Of a stretch of DNA of 64,000 nt, positions 9,200 to 18,434 are shown one piece after another (the stretch's first letter is position 1; each line of letters begins with the position of its first letter). The stretch comes from a virus: positions 1-64,000 of IMG/VR virus record IMGVR_UViG_3300034072_000375; one strand, written 5' to 3'. Below the pieces are notes generated by a model. It worked only from the letters and a program-made list of their open reading frames with translations, did no database searches and was not told the DNA's origin. The position numbers and the translations under genes are program-made.

Positions 9200-10376
9200 C
9201 TTGCAGCGCCTTCTTCGTAACCGTCTTTAATAATATTCAACAAATCCTCAAGTTGTTCCCAATCCAACTGAGCCAACAATGCACTGAAACGAATTTCGTT
9301 GTAGTTTACACCTTTATTGTCTAGGTATTCTGTAATGTCTTTAGTTGTTGTAGTCATTCATAACTCCAATAATCAACGTAAGGTTTACCAGACACTGTTC
9401 CATCTTCATTCAGTGTGACTTTTCCTGTGAACATCATTCGCCTAGCTTGCATTTTACCGAATCCGGCTTTGTACGCAATTGTACGGGTTAGTTCACCATC
9501 GTGGTCTTGCAACCACACAACTTTTCCTCCAGTAAGGAAAGCCCAAATATTCTTTAACATCAATGAAACCTTTCTTTATCAAATACGTTAATAATCAACT
9601 CATTCAGCGTCAAGTCCTCGTCTAGCACTTCACTAAGATTCTTCAGCAATTGTACTTCATTTCTCCCGATTGCTGCAAGAGCTTCTTTACTGAAATACTG
9701 CGGGTTGATCTTCATGATGGATGTGGTCATTACATAGATGATGAGTTTTGCTGTGTCTAGTTCATTCATAAAACTCCTTTAGGTTATAGGGTTCGAGAGC
9801 TTCCTTCGTATTCTGCCCGAGTGAATAGGCGAGTCAGAAGGACTCTTTTAACTTAGTTATCTCGATGCGGTAAGCAAGGTGGCTTCTCCTAGAAGTCGTC
9901 GCCTTCCGCTTGCGATTTTAGATTGAGCAAAGGCTCAGGCAATCTTTTCGTAGAAGTCAAAGTGCTCTGGATTCGCTTGCTTACAAGGAAAAGCACTTTC
10001 ATCATCTATACCTTCATGAAACACAAGTATAAGATCAAGGCTGATGAGACTCATCTTAACTTCAGCGATTTCTCCTGCTGTTACGTAAGGCGCATCTTGA
10101 GTAGCTTTTACAATCTGACCTTCTTTGAATTGCTTCATGTTAAACTCCTTGTTCCTTGAGGTATTCTTCAATCAGCGTAAAAGCTTGCTGGATGTGGATA
10201 GCATTATCTGAATCTTTAGAATCTTTGTACAAAGGAGTCTTTTCAAGACGATATACCATTGCAACAGTTTTGGTGTAGTCTTCTTCAGAAAGTACTTGTG
10301 CTTCATCAAAGTTCTGAAGAGCAAGCAACGCAATCCCTGCATTTAATTCCTTGGTGTCTTTCATCTCAATTTCCTC

Positions 10377-10685
10377 TCAAACAAGTTTCGATTCATCAAA
10401 AGCAGGAAATACAATCTCCGCTTTGCACACCTGCATCTTACCATTCTTGAAGTACTTTTGCCAAATGTCTCCAGATTCTTCTCCTTCTCCTTCAAGAAGG
10501 AATATAGTCTCTGGATAAATTTTGCTGAGTTCCTTCATGTCTTGTTCATGAGTATACCATTTGCAAGAATCATTCCAACCAAACTTAACAGAGTAACCAG
10601 AGATTTCTTGTAGTGTTTCTTCAATTTCCTCTTGGTTGTCATAGCCTTGAGTTGTACTCAGTGTATATGTTGTGTAGTAACCCAT
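10377..10685 (-). CDS. Hypothetical protein
   Basis: MGYYT...KWY.HE.DMKELSK.YP...F.LEGEGEE..D.W..YFKNGK, a conserved phage hypothetical pattern. SD AGGAG. Confidence 0.75.
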   Translation of the reverse strand: MGYYTTYTLSTTQGYDNQEEIEETLQEISGYSVKFGWNDSCKWYTHEQDMKELSKIYPETIFLLEGEGEESGDIWQKYFKNGKMQVCKAEIVFPAFDESKLV

Positions 10686-10699
10686 ATTAAACTCCTTTC

Positions 10700-11116
10700 T
10701 TAATTACCATTGAACTTCAGATGATACAACTCTGCTTTCAACAAGTCTATATCTTCTACCAACTTTTTAATCTGCTCATACTGAATCTCTCGCATCTCTT
10801 CGGAGTATACCAGACAACTTCTAGCAATCATCAAGTCATCCTCAAGAGATTGAAGTTCTTCCATGAGTTCACAGACCTTATCATCATAAGCACTCTCAAC
10901 AACCCGCAGGTACTTCCAAGGGATGCACCAATAACGTCCTTGGAAAGTCTCCATAAGTTGTCCATCGGTACTTCGCTTATCCGCAGGGAATTCTACTACA
11001 CAGGACATGAAACTCAAGGACTCCCGGACAATACCTTTAGAGTACACAAGACCAGAGAAGGGGCAACCGGGGAGAACCTCAATAACATCGTTAATTTTCA
11101 CTGGGAGGTTTTTCAT
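10700..11116 (-). CDS. Hypothetical protein with C-terminal coiled coil
   Basis: 138 aa, SD AAGGAG. Confidence 0.65.
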   Translation of the reverse strand: MKNLPVKINDVIEVLPGCPFSGLVYSKGIVRESLSFMSCVVEFPADKRSTDGQLMETFQGRYWCIPWKYLRVVESAYDDKVCELMEELQSLEDDLMIARSCLVYSEEMREIQYEQIKKLVEDIDLLKAELYHLKFNGN

Positions 11117-11496
11117 GTTTCTCCTTCATAGCGACCAGCACGAAAAATCTCTGTTTTTCCTCTGGGGGTTATTTCTAACTGCACTTTTACATCGCAGGTT
11201 TTCATATTGCAAAGCATTCCATCCACATGCGCGCAACCTACTGTCTTATAGACATTGCAGTGCAGAACAGGGTCATCTTTTGACCAAGGAAATAACATCT
11301 GAATCAAATTATTCATACCAGCCTCTTTTCTTTTCGCGTTCTTTACTCCAATCCTTTTTTCGTTTCTTATCTTTGCTTTTTTCTTTCCAAGGCTCCTTGT
11401 CTTTACCAGAACCCTTAAGCCCACGGAGATGAATCTCCTTTGTGCTGACCAAAGAACGAGTAGGGACAAAGCCAGAGAGGGTTTCGTTAAGTGTAT

Positions 11497-11799
11497 TCAT
11501 TTCGCAGTAATGTTATAAACCTTAGACTCTCCACCAATTTCTACGAAAGCAACTTCCGTAGGGCTTGGAACTACAGGGAAATACTCCTTGTTCACAGCGT
11601 CTACAAGGGTAGTAGCCTTCTCAAAGTCCAAATCAGAAGCTGCACAGAAAAGAAGTTCGTCCTCTTTATCTACAGCATAGCAGTTAAATTTGAACTTGTC
11701 TGTAGGGCTTCGCTGGATGACGTAACCGGCGATTTGTTCTGGGACTACTTGGATAGTCTCGTTGTTCATGGCGTTAAATTCTCCGAATTTTACTTGCAT
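11497..11799 (-). CDS. Hypothetical protein
   Basis: 100 aa, SD AAGGA. Confidence 0.65.
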   Translation of the reverse strand: MQVKFGEFNAMNNETIQVVPEQIAGYVIQRSPTDKFKFNCYAVDKEDELLFCAASDLDFEKATTLVDAVNKEYFPVVPSPTEVAFVEIGGESKVYNITAK

Positions 11800-11801
11800 G
11801 T

Positions 11802-12014
11802 TTATTCCTTTACTTCAGTTACTGTAACAACCCACTTTTGATTCCCACCTTCAATATCAAAAGAACCTCCGTGGTATTCTGCTTTGTCAATCACAGCTTT
11901 CAATACATCGCTAGTTACGTCTTTCTTTTGTCCAACAAAGTGCAAACCTTTACTATCAACCTTACCTTCAAATATACGTCCCGTTAAAGCTGATGTTGCG
12001 ATACGTGTAGCCAT
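11802..12014 (-). CDS. Hypothetical protein (small conserved phage family)
   Basis: SALTGRIFEG...KKDVT motif. SD AAGGAG. Confidence 0.7.
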   Translation of the reverse strand: MATRIATSALTGRIFEGKVDSKGLHFVGQKKDVTSDVLKAVIDKAEYHGGSFDIEGGNQKWVVTVTEVKE

Positions 12015-12235
12015 TTATTCTCCTTTAATTTTACCAATATACTTCGCTGCAAGCAGCTCATTACCAAAACTTACTAACTCGTTGCTCTTCATCTGAGTCT
12101 AGATCATACAGTACTTCACTCAAAACTTCACGGAAATCTTCCTCGTTGTTGTAATAAAACCTATCTTGCTCAAAGTCCTGCTGAGTTGGGGTTGCTGGGT
12201 GGCGATTTTGTTTTTGTTTTGGCAAATTTTACTCC

Positions 12236-13258
12236 TTATCTTGCATTAGTCCCAATAGTCTTCGTAATGCAACCCAATCCGTTGCAGTGCTGGCATTCTA
12301 CTACAGGTTTGTTAATCTCTAGCATCAAATCCTTCAAATATTGCTGCATGTACTCATAAAGTTCCTTCAGGCTGTTAGCTTCCCAAGGTTCAATGCAAGT
12401 ATAACCTGTGTACCCACCTCCGTGGTGAGCGCCCTTCCAAGTCATCTCAAAGATTTTCTGCTGTTTTGTCGTCTTGGTTGCTGTAGTGAATCGTGGAGGT
12501 TTGTAGCTACGCATACCCGAAGTAAGTTTTTCAGTCTTTACTTCGTAGGGCTTAGTCTCAATGACTTTTTCTACTACAAAGCAAAAATCATAATTACTTG
12601 TTACACGAGCTGCCTTACCATCAATGTTATTCAGGATGTGAGCACGGACAATCTTGTAGACTTGTTCGCTTGTCAAAGAGCAAGGACGAGTGTGCAAGAG
12701 GAAATCGGGAGTCAGCATTCGCTCAATATCAGCAAAGACGGCAACCTTGCTCAAGTCCTGTACTTGAAGTTTACCACCGTAATTACCATCTTGAACCTGA
12801 ATCTTCATTTCTGAAGGAGCTTCGTAGTTTTCGATGTGCAAGTCACGGAGTTTAACAAGTTCTACTTCCACAGGAACAATCTCTGCAGGAAGTTCGGTGC
12901 AATCCGCTTGATAGAGGCTAGCGAGACTTGCATAGGCACCATGATAAGTATATTCATCCTCATCGGAATCCCAGACTTGCTTTAATTGCCCCATGTTGAG
13001 AGCCAAAGGAATCTTATCTGAAGCAAGTTCAGGATTGATCAGCTTCCAGCCAACCTGCTCCTTCTTCGGAGGGTTGCGCTTCTTGAAGTCCTTGAGTTCA
13101 CCTTCAAAATGATACCACCCGTTGTTAGGTACAAGCGGAGTAACGTCCTTACCGTTGATTTCAACAATACCAAAATGTCCTGACAAATCGTAGTGCGAAT
13201 AATATCCGTCAATCTTGAAAAATACTCCAATGTTTGTTGAGTAATATTGGATTTTCAT
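12236..13258 (-). CDS. Conserved phage hypothetical protein with C-terminal CxxCxG motif
   Basis: 340 aa, SD GGAGG. HTRPCSLTSEQVYKIVRAHI..NID..ARVTSNYDFCF and CQHCNG motifs. Confidence 0.8.
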   Translation of the reverse strand: MKIQYYSTNIGVFFKIDGYYSHYDLSGHFGIVEINGKDVTPLVPNNGWYHFEGELKDFKKRNPPKKEQVGWKLINPELASDKIPLALNMGQLKQVWDSDEDEYTYHGAYASLASLYQADCTELPAEIVPVEVELVKLRDLHIENYEAPSEMKIQVQDGNYGGKLQVQDLSKVAVFADIERMLTPDFLLHTRPCSLTSEQVYKIVRAHILNNIDGKAARVTSNYDFCFVVEKVIETKPYEVKTEKLTSGMRSYKPPRFTTATKTTKQQKIFEMTWKGAHHGGGYTGYTCIEPWEANSLKELYEYMQQYLKDLMLEINKPVVECQHCNGLGCITKTIGTNAR

Positions 13259-13987
13259 TTAACCTCCGTAAGTTTTAAAAGCACTAGGTACAGCCCAAAT
13301 GGTACAGGCCAGTACAGCCACAAAATACCGCCAAGGTTCGATAGGTTCCTTAGTATACATCTGACCTACAGCCAAAGTCAACCAGACAGTATGGGTAAAC
13401 AGAACAATCCAAAACATAATTACTCCTTATTCAAATATTACGATACGAAACACCCCTGATGAAATCAGGACTCTTTTTCATCTGGCTCAAGTGCCATTCC
13501 AGATGCTCCTTTGGTGTATCAAAAGAGCGATCAACAAAGCCTTTAGAGGTCTTCTCTTGGAAGGAGATTTTAATGCTCTTGACTAGGGTTTTCTTCATTT
13601 AAAGGGCTTTCTCAAGTTCGATAACGAGTTTTTCTTGTTCAGTATTCAATTCGCTGTACCGGGTGTACTCATAGGAGTTTTCCCACGAAGTCGTCGTAGG
13701 GCGATTGTACCAGCTACTGTACTCATTGTCACGTAGTTGTTCGTACAAATCTTCAATCTTTGCGATAATTTCTGTTTTAGTCATAGTATCTCCTTCTTGT
13801 TAGTCGAGTCCTTAGCATTATACACACGCATCTTACCGGACTTCGTAATATAAATCTCGATAGAGTCTTTAGGTGTTGTCACGCCAAGATAAATCCAACC
13901 TTTCTTCTCATCAGAAGCTAGGCATTCAATCTTAGCACAGTTCCAGTCAAAGCCGTGAGGCGTTCGTTGTATTTGCATAATTTCTCC

Positions 13988-14103
13988 TTAAATCGTTTTA
14001 AACGCTTTTTAAGCCCTTCTAGCACCTTCAGGCTACCTACCCCTTAGTCAATGCTTTAAGGGGCTTCTAGGTGCCTTTAAAGCGATTCTAGAGGCATTCT
14101 CTA
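13988..14103. repeat. 10-11 bp periodic element (gyrase-site-like), copy D
   Basis: TTAAATCG-TTAAACGC-TTAAGCCC-CTAGCACC, core TCAGGCTACCTACCCCTTA, then TTAAGGGGC-CTAGGTGCC-TAAAGCG-CTAGAGGC. Confidence 0.7.
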
Positions 14104-14379
14104 TTCCTTAACCTCTTTGATTCTATTATGAATCGCTTTAACAGCCTCTGTCAAGTACTTTTCTCGTTCTTCGTCGTTGTCGAACATGCCCTTCCATGCG
14201 TCATCCTCAAAACGATGATAGAACACAAGTTCTCCACCTGTATCGGGATAGTACACTCGGAAGTTCCCTCCACGAAGACGGATATATCCAGATTGCTTTC
14301 CTTCTACATCAAGAACATCGTATTGCTCAGGGCAGCATTGACAGGTGAGGACTAGGTTATAGTCTAGGATTTGCATCAC
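14101..14379 (-). CDS. Hypothetical protein
   Basis: TCQCCPEQYDV...GYIRLR.G.F motif, 92 aa. Confidence 0.7.
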   Translation of the reverse strand: MMQILDYNLVLTCQCCPEQYDVLDVEGKQSGYIRLRGGNFRVYYPDTGGELVFYHRFEDDAWKGMFDNDEEREKYLTEAVKAIHNRIKEVKE

Positions 14380-14708
14380 AGACTCTCCACCAAAGCCTTC
14401 AGCACCTTGTCATCAGGGTATTGCTGCTGGATGTACAGAAGGAGAAGAGGTTTGTTTGTAGAGGCTTCGTAGGTCTTTGGGGTTTCTACTGGAACAAGGT
14501 GTTCAAGAGGTATTGCAATTCGTTGTTCAGGGCTATAACGAATACTTTCTCCAATCGGCCCAGATACATACCCAAACCAAGGCGCGTCAGATGTGTCATC
14601 TTCTATAAACTCCACAATCATTCCGTTTTTGTAGTAAAAAGAATTCTCGTCGTTGATTACACGATACAGTTTACCAACCTCAAATCCCATGTCAGTTGCG
14701 ATAGTCAT
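14376..14708 (-). CDS. Hypothetical protein
   Basis: 110 aa, SD GGAGG. Confidence 0.65.
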   Translation of the reverse strand: MTIATDMGFEVGKLYRVINDENSFYYKNGMIVEFIEDDTSDAPWFGYVSGPIGESIRYSPEQRIAIPLEHLVPVETPKTYEASTNKPLLLLYIQQQYPDDKVLKALVESL

Positions 14709-14957
14709 TTAAAAGCCTCCAGTTTTAAAAGTTGTCATTTTAGTTTCCTTTCATTATCGTTTGTAGCTTTGCTACTCACTTTCAATTAAATTTAGAAGCC
14801 TCAAGCATACAACTCTTCAATCATCCTTGCAATCTCTTTCTCAGCCTGTTGCTTATACATCCCTTGAGAGATTTGCTTGTCTCCAAAGAAGATGTAGTAC
14901 ATGCAGCGGTGTTTGCGGAGTTGGTACATGGGTTAGTCCTTTAGTTAAAGTATTGTG

Positions 14958-14985
14958 ATACTAGCATTAAAATCTACTTTGTCAA
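14958..14985 (-). promoter_or_regulatory. Sigma70-type promoter, leftward
   Basis: TTGACA-16 nt-TAGTAT with extended TG on the minus strand. Confidence 0.55.
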
Positions 14986-15216
14986 GCACTTGTTTGAAAT
15001 CTGCACTACTTATCAACTTATGTAGTGAATTTGCAACAATTGTTAAAGCACAATCTTCTTCTCAAGTACGCTCTTGTCAGTGTCCTTCCATTTGATTGAC
15101 ATAGGCACAGGACAATCAATCTTGAATCTCTCCCTGAACTTGTCTGCCATTGTCAAGACTAGGAGTTCTAGGTGCTCTTTCGCTACAACGAAGCTATCAT
15201 GCACACAGAGGATAGT

Positions 15217-16119
15217 CTACCCCCAAGTTGTTAGCACTGTCAACAACTCTTTCATAACGTCTTTTCTGACTTTTAAATTATTCTTAGGGAGGACTTTCTT
15301 TTTAATACTTACTTTTCGTCTAGGTCGGGATGCTACAGCTTTCACCTCGTTTTTGGCTTTCTGCCAGTAGTTCTTTACTTTCAGCATGAAGTTTTCATCA
15401 GAGATAAGGTGCGAATATACACTCTTAAATTCTTCTGTAGGAAGAATCGTACTCGATTGACGAAATTTCTTTTCTTTTGAGCCTTTGCCAATAAAATTAA
15501 TAAGAAGGTCCGCCTCTTCCAGCACATCAATTGCAGCATTAATTCTCAAGACGTTTGTATTTCTTCTGAGGTTTAGATGAGCACCTTTGGCCCGCGAGTA
15601 AGCAATGCACGCATCCTCTGTCAATGAGAACAGTAAGTTAGTAACGATAACACCCAACTCTAGACTATACTTAGGCCCAAATCTTCGCATACTGTTCCTC
15701 ACTTCTTGCGGTATTTTAATGTCATAAGATAGGTATCTCTGTACGCTTGCTATGGGTTTGTGCTCATTACTTGTTTCAGGTTTATTTTTATCTTTACAAT
15801 CGCAAGAGTATTCTATATTAGTTTCAGGTGGCTCAAACTCCCTCCAATCAGTAGTATTCCAGTTTCCTTTCCCATGATTGCACACGTTACACAAGACTTG
15901 TAGATTAGAAAGTTCAAGTGCGAGAGACGTATCAACTTTTCTAGGAATAATATGATCAACATGTATCTTAACATCGTTGCTAGGGAGAGGAACAGCACCA
16001 CAGCACTGACAACGTTTACCATATTTCAAGATAGCTTCCATTCTTACTTTTCTCCATTCAAACGTATCAAGAAAAGCATCTGATTTGATGTACGCATCGG
16101 TATACTTCATTTTAGTCAT
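15217..16119 (-). CDS. HNH endonuclease fused to an uncharacterised C-terminal domain; frame continues past the TAG to 15043
   Basis: EWRKVR...RCQCCG...HVDHIIP...SNLQVLCNVCNHGKG. An in-frame 57-codon extension after the TAG contains LCVHDSFVV. Confidence 0.8.
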   Translation of the reverse strand: MTKMKYTDAYIKSDAFLDTFEWRKVRMEAILKYGKRCQCCGAVPLPSNDVKIHVDHIIPRKVDTSLALELSNLQVLCNVCNHGKGNWNTTDWREFEPPETNIEYSCDCKDKNKPETSNEHKPIASVQRYLSYDIKIPQEVRNSMRRFGPKYSLELGVIVTNLLFSLTEDACIAYSRAKGAHLNLRRNTNVLRINAAIDVLEEADLLINFIGKGSKEKKFRQSSTILPTEEFKSVYSHLISDENFMLKVKNYWQKAKNEVKAVASRPRRKVSIKKKVLPKNNLKVRKDVMKELLTVLTTWG

Positions 16120-16152
16120 CCTTATTTTAATTATTTTGAAAGACGATTAGAC

Positions 16153-16190
16153 AAAAGAAAACCCCTACAAGCCGTTAAGCTCATAGGGGT
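16153..16190 (-). terminator. Intrinsic terminator, leftward
   Basis: ACCCCTATGAGC/GCTTGTAGGGGT stem followed by TTTCTTTT on the minus strand. Confidence 0.8.
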
Positions 16191-16269
16191 AGTGCAATGG
16201 TCTAATTGTAGTGTATTCTAAGTTATACTCTTAGTTATACTTTAGTATGTTATTAACTTTATGCTCTTT

Positions 16270-16710
16270 GATTGAAAGCAGGCAAGGTTGAGCAACTTTA
16301 GAGGTGAAAAGAAAGTACACGGTGTACCCTTTCACTTCAGGTTGCTACAGCCCTAACTTGCTTTCATTCTGTCATGCTCCACGACTCGAAGGGCAGGTTA
16401 TCTCGCAGTTATAACTAAAGAATCAGGGAGACAAGTCTCATGCCGTTTCTAAAGCTGTATACTTCCGTCTGCGAAATCTAGAGAGTGCTGTTGATCACTG
16501 CTTCTCTTGGTCTAGATGTATGGTTACGGTCGGGTCATTACGAGTTGCGCAACGCCTGCTAAGTTCGCTAACCTATCAAAGCTGGTTAGCTCCTACCCTG
16601 TGTATCACATTGGGTGTCGTGGGAGAGAAGACTTGGTGAATCTCATGTGTGATAGCAACTCCATGCTACCCTACCCGCAGGTTCCGAATTTGGCTATGTT
16701 GCTATTTCTA
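16270..16710. ncRNA. Putative large structured non-coding RNA/ssDNA element
   Basis: No credible ORF. Many nested stems (TGAAAGCA/TGCTTTCA, AGCAAC/GTTGCT, GAGGTGAAA/TTTCACTTC, TCGCAG/CTGCGA, GCTAACC/GGTTAGC, TATCACA/TGTGATA, GAGTTGC/GCAACTC). Flanked by a leftward promoter and terminator. Confidence 0.55.
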
Positions 16711-16723
16711 GCACATGATTGTA

Positions 16724-16752
16724 ATTTTACCACAGTCTTTCTGGAATTGCAA
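16724..16752 (-). promoter_or_regulatory. Sigma70-type promoter firing leftward into the structured region
   Basis: TTGCAA-17 nt-TAAAAT with extended TG on the minus strand. Confidence 0.65.
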
Positions 16753-16803
16753 GCGAAATCTTCAGAGATTGAACTGTGCCAAACAAACAACACAAATCCT
16801 TTG

Positions 16804-16833
16804 TTGACTTCTTTCACAAGTTCATGCTACACT
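16804..16833 (+). promoter_or_regulatory. Sigma70-type promoter, rightward
   Basis: TTGACT-18 nt-TACACT with extended TG. Confidence 0.6.
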
Positions 16834-16861
16834 AAGTTTTTCAACACACAAGGAGTGAAAC

Positions 16862-17065
16862 ATGACTGACAAAGAATACGTGATCTACGCCTGCAAGACG
16901 TTCAAGTTTACCCTCCTCAAGCCAACCAAAGAATGCAAGGACATTCTCGTTATGCAGGACATTAAAGGTTTCATGAAGTGCATTGCTGAAGGTACAACAT
17001 GGAAGAACATTCGTACTCAACTGAAGGATTGGCAAGAGGCGCGTTTTCCTGAAAGGGCTTTCTGA
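16862..17065 (+). CDS. Hypothetical protein
   Basis: SD AAGGAG. First gene of the rightward block. Confidence 0.7.
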   Translation: MTDKEYVIYACKTFKFTLLKPTKECKDILVMQDIKGFMKCIAEGTTWKNIRTQLKDWQEARFPERAF

Positions 17066-17722
17066 TGAAAAAGTACTTTATGCGTGTTGGCTTAAAGCAA
17101 CAAGACGATTCAAAAACAACTTGGGTTATTTACTCACCGAATAGGCACATCTTTTGCACAGTAGTCGGCAGGCAAAAGGCTACAAAACTCAGGAACTATT
17201 TAAACGAAGAGTTTCTTGACGCTTGCCTGTAGCGCAGTTTCTGCGAAACCCCTTGACGCCCTCCTGAACTTCGTGCATAATTCAACAAATCGCAACAAAC
17301 AACTTAAAGGAATCACTATGAAGCTCTACGCAATCACTCGGATCACTGAAGACCACTACACATGGATGGATGTGTTTGGTGTCACACCTAATAAGAAAGT
17401 AGCAGACAAGAAAGTACAAGAGCTGCGTGAGGCTGGTCGTTACGGTGAATGGGTTGTCCAAGAATTTGAGAGTAGCGATGTGAAAAACATCACAGGGTTG
17501 GAACAATAAATGACCCTATCCCAAGCCCTACCTAGTCGCATCACCCTTGCTGATGCTCTCGAATTCTCCCGTACTCTTGCAAAGCACAACCCCTTTGTTA
17601 GAATGCAACCAGAAGAGCAAGAACTAGCCAACCAAGCTGGGCCTTTGCTTAGTCGGATGGCTAACACGGAGGAGTTGGAATTTCTGATGAAGAATGAACG
17701 CTGGAATGCGTTGTTTTGAAAG

Positions 17723-18178
17723 GTGAATATGAACAACTTTATTCAAAACGCTAGTAGATTTAATATCATCACTGGTCACCATGCAGACGCTGGTGAAAAC
17801 TCCATGTTAATTCAAATTGTGGATTTCTTTGACACTTTCCCGACACCAAAGTACAAGTTCAAAGAAGTTCTGCAGTTTAAGTTCGATGATGTTCTGGACG
17901 GCCCTACAGCTTGTACGGACTTACAAGCACAAGAGATTGCTAATGCACTGCAACGTGCAAAAGAGCAACACATGAATGTAATTGTGCATTGCTTTGCTGG
18001 TCTTTGTCGTAGTGGTGCTGTGGCAGAAGTAGGAATCATGCTAGGATTCAATCCTCCTGATTGCATTCGTCTTCCTAACTCTACAGTAAAGAATAAGATG
18101 CTGAAGGCTTTGGGTATGAAGATTGATGAAAGTACATCTGTGTTTGCACAGGAGTTTTATAATCGTGAGTTTGATTAA
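17723..18178 (+). CDS. Protein-tyrosine/dual-specificity phosphatase-like protein
   Basis: CX5R P-loop VHCFAGLCRS and upstream FDD acid loop. Confidence 0.85.
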   Translation: MNMNNFIQNASRFNIITGHHADAGENSMLIQIVDFFDTFPTPKYKFKEVLQFKFDDVLDGPTACTDLQAQEIANALQRAKEQHMNVIVHCFAGLCRSGAVAEVGIMLGFNPPDCIRLPNSTVKNKMLKALGMKIDESTSVFAQEFYNREFD

Positions 18179-18434
18179 GGAAAACACATGAACTACATTA
18201 TCGTAAAGAACGCCTCACAAGAAGTCTGGTATCTATATTTTGATAGCAACCCACAAGCAGGTGTTCACCAAAGCTACAGTGCGCATGACACCTTCACAGG
18301 TCAGCAATGCAATATTCGTAGCTCTTACGCAACAAAAGCATCTGCTGAGGAAGACCTGAAGAAAATGCTTGAAGCAAATCCTAGTGGGTGTTATGCTGTG
18401 TGTCCTGTGGCGGTTTAAATCTTAAAGGGGGTAT

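Noticed and set aside
9894-9905. 12-mer AAGGCGACGACT shared (inverted) with 31468-31479
   Set aside because: A single 12-nt match is expected by chance in 64 kb.
16516-16869. 117-aa ORF across the structured region
   Set aside because: No SD, atypical composition, and it runs through two divergent promoters. Likely spurious.
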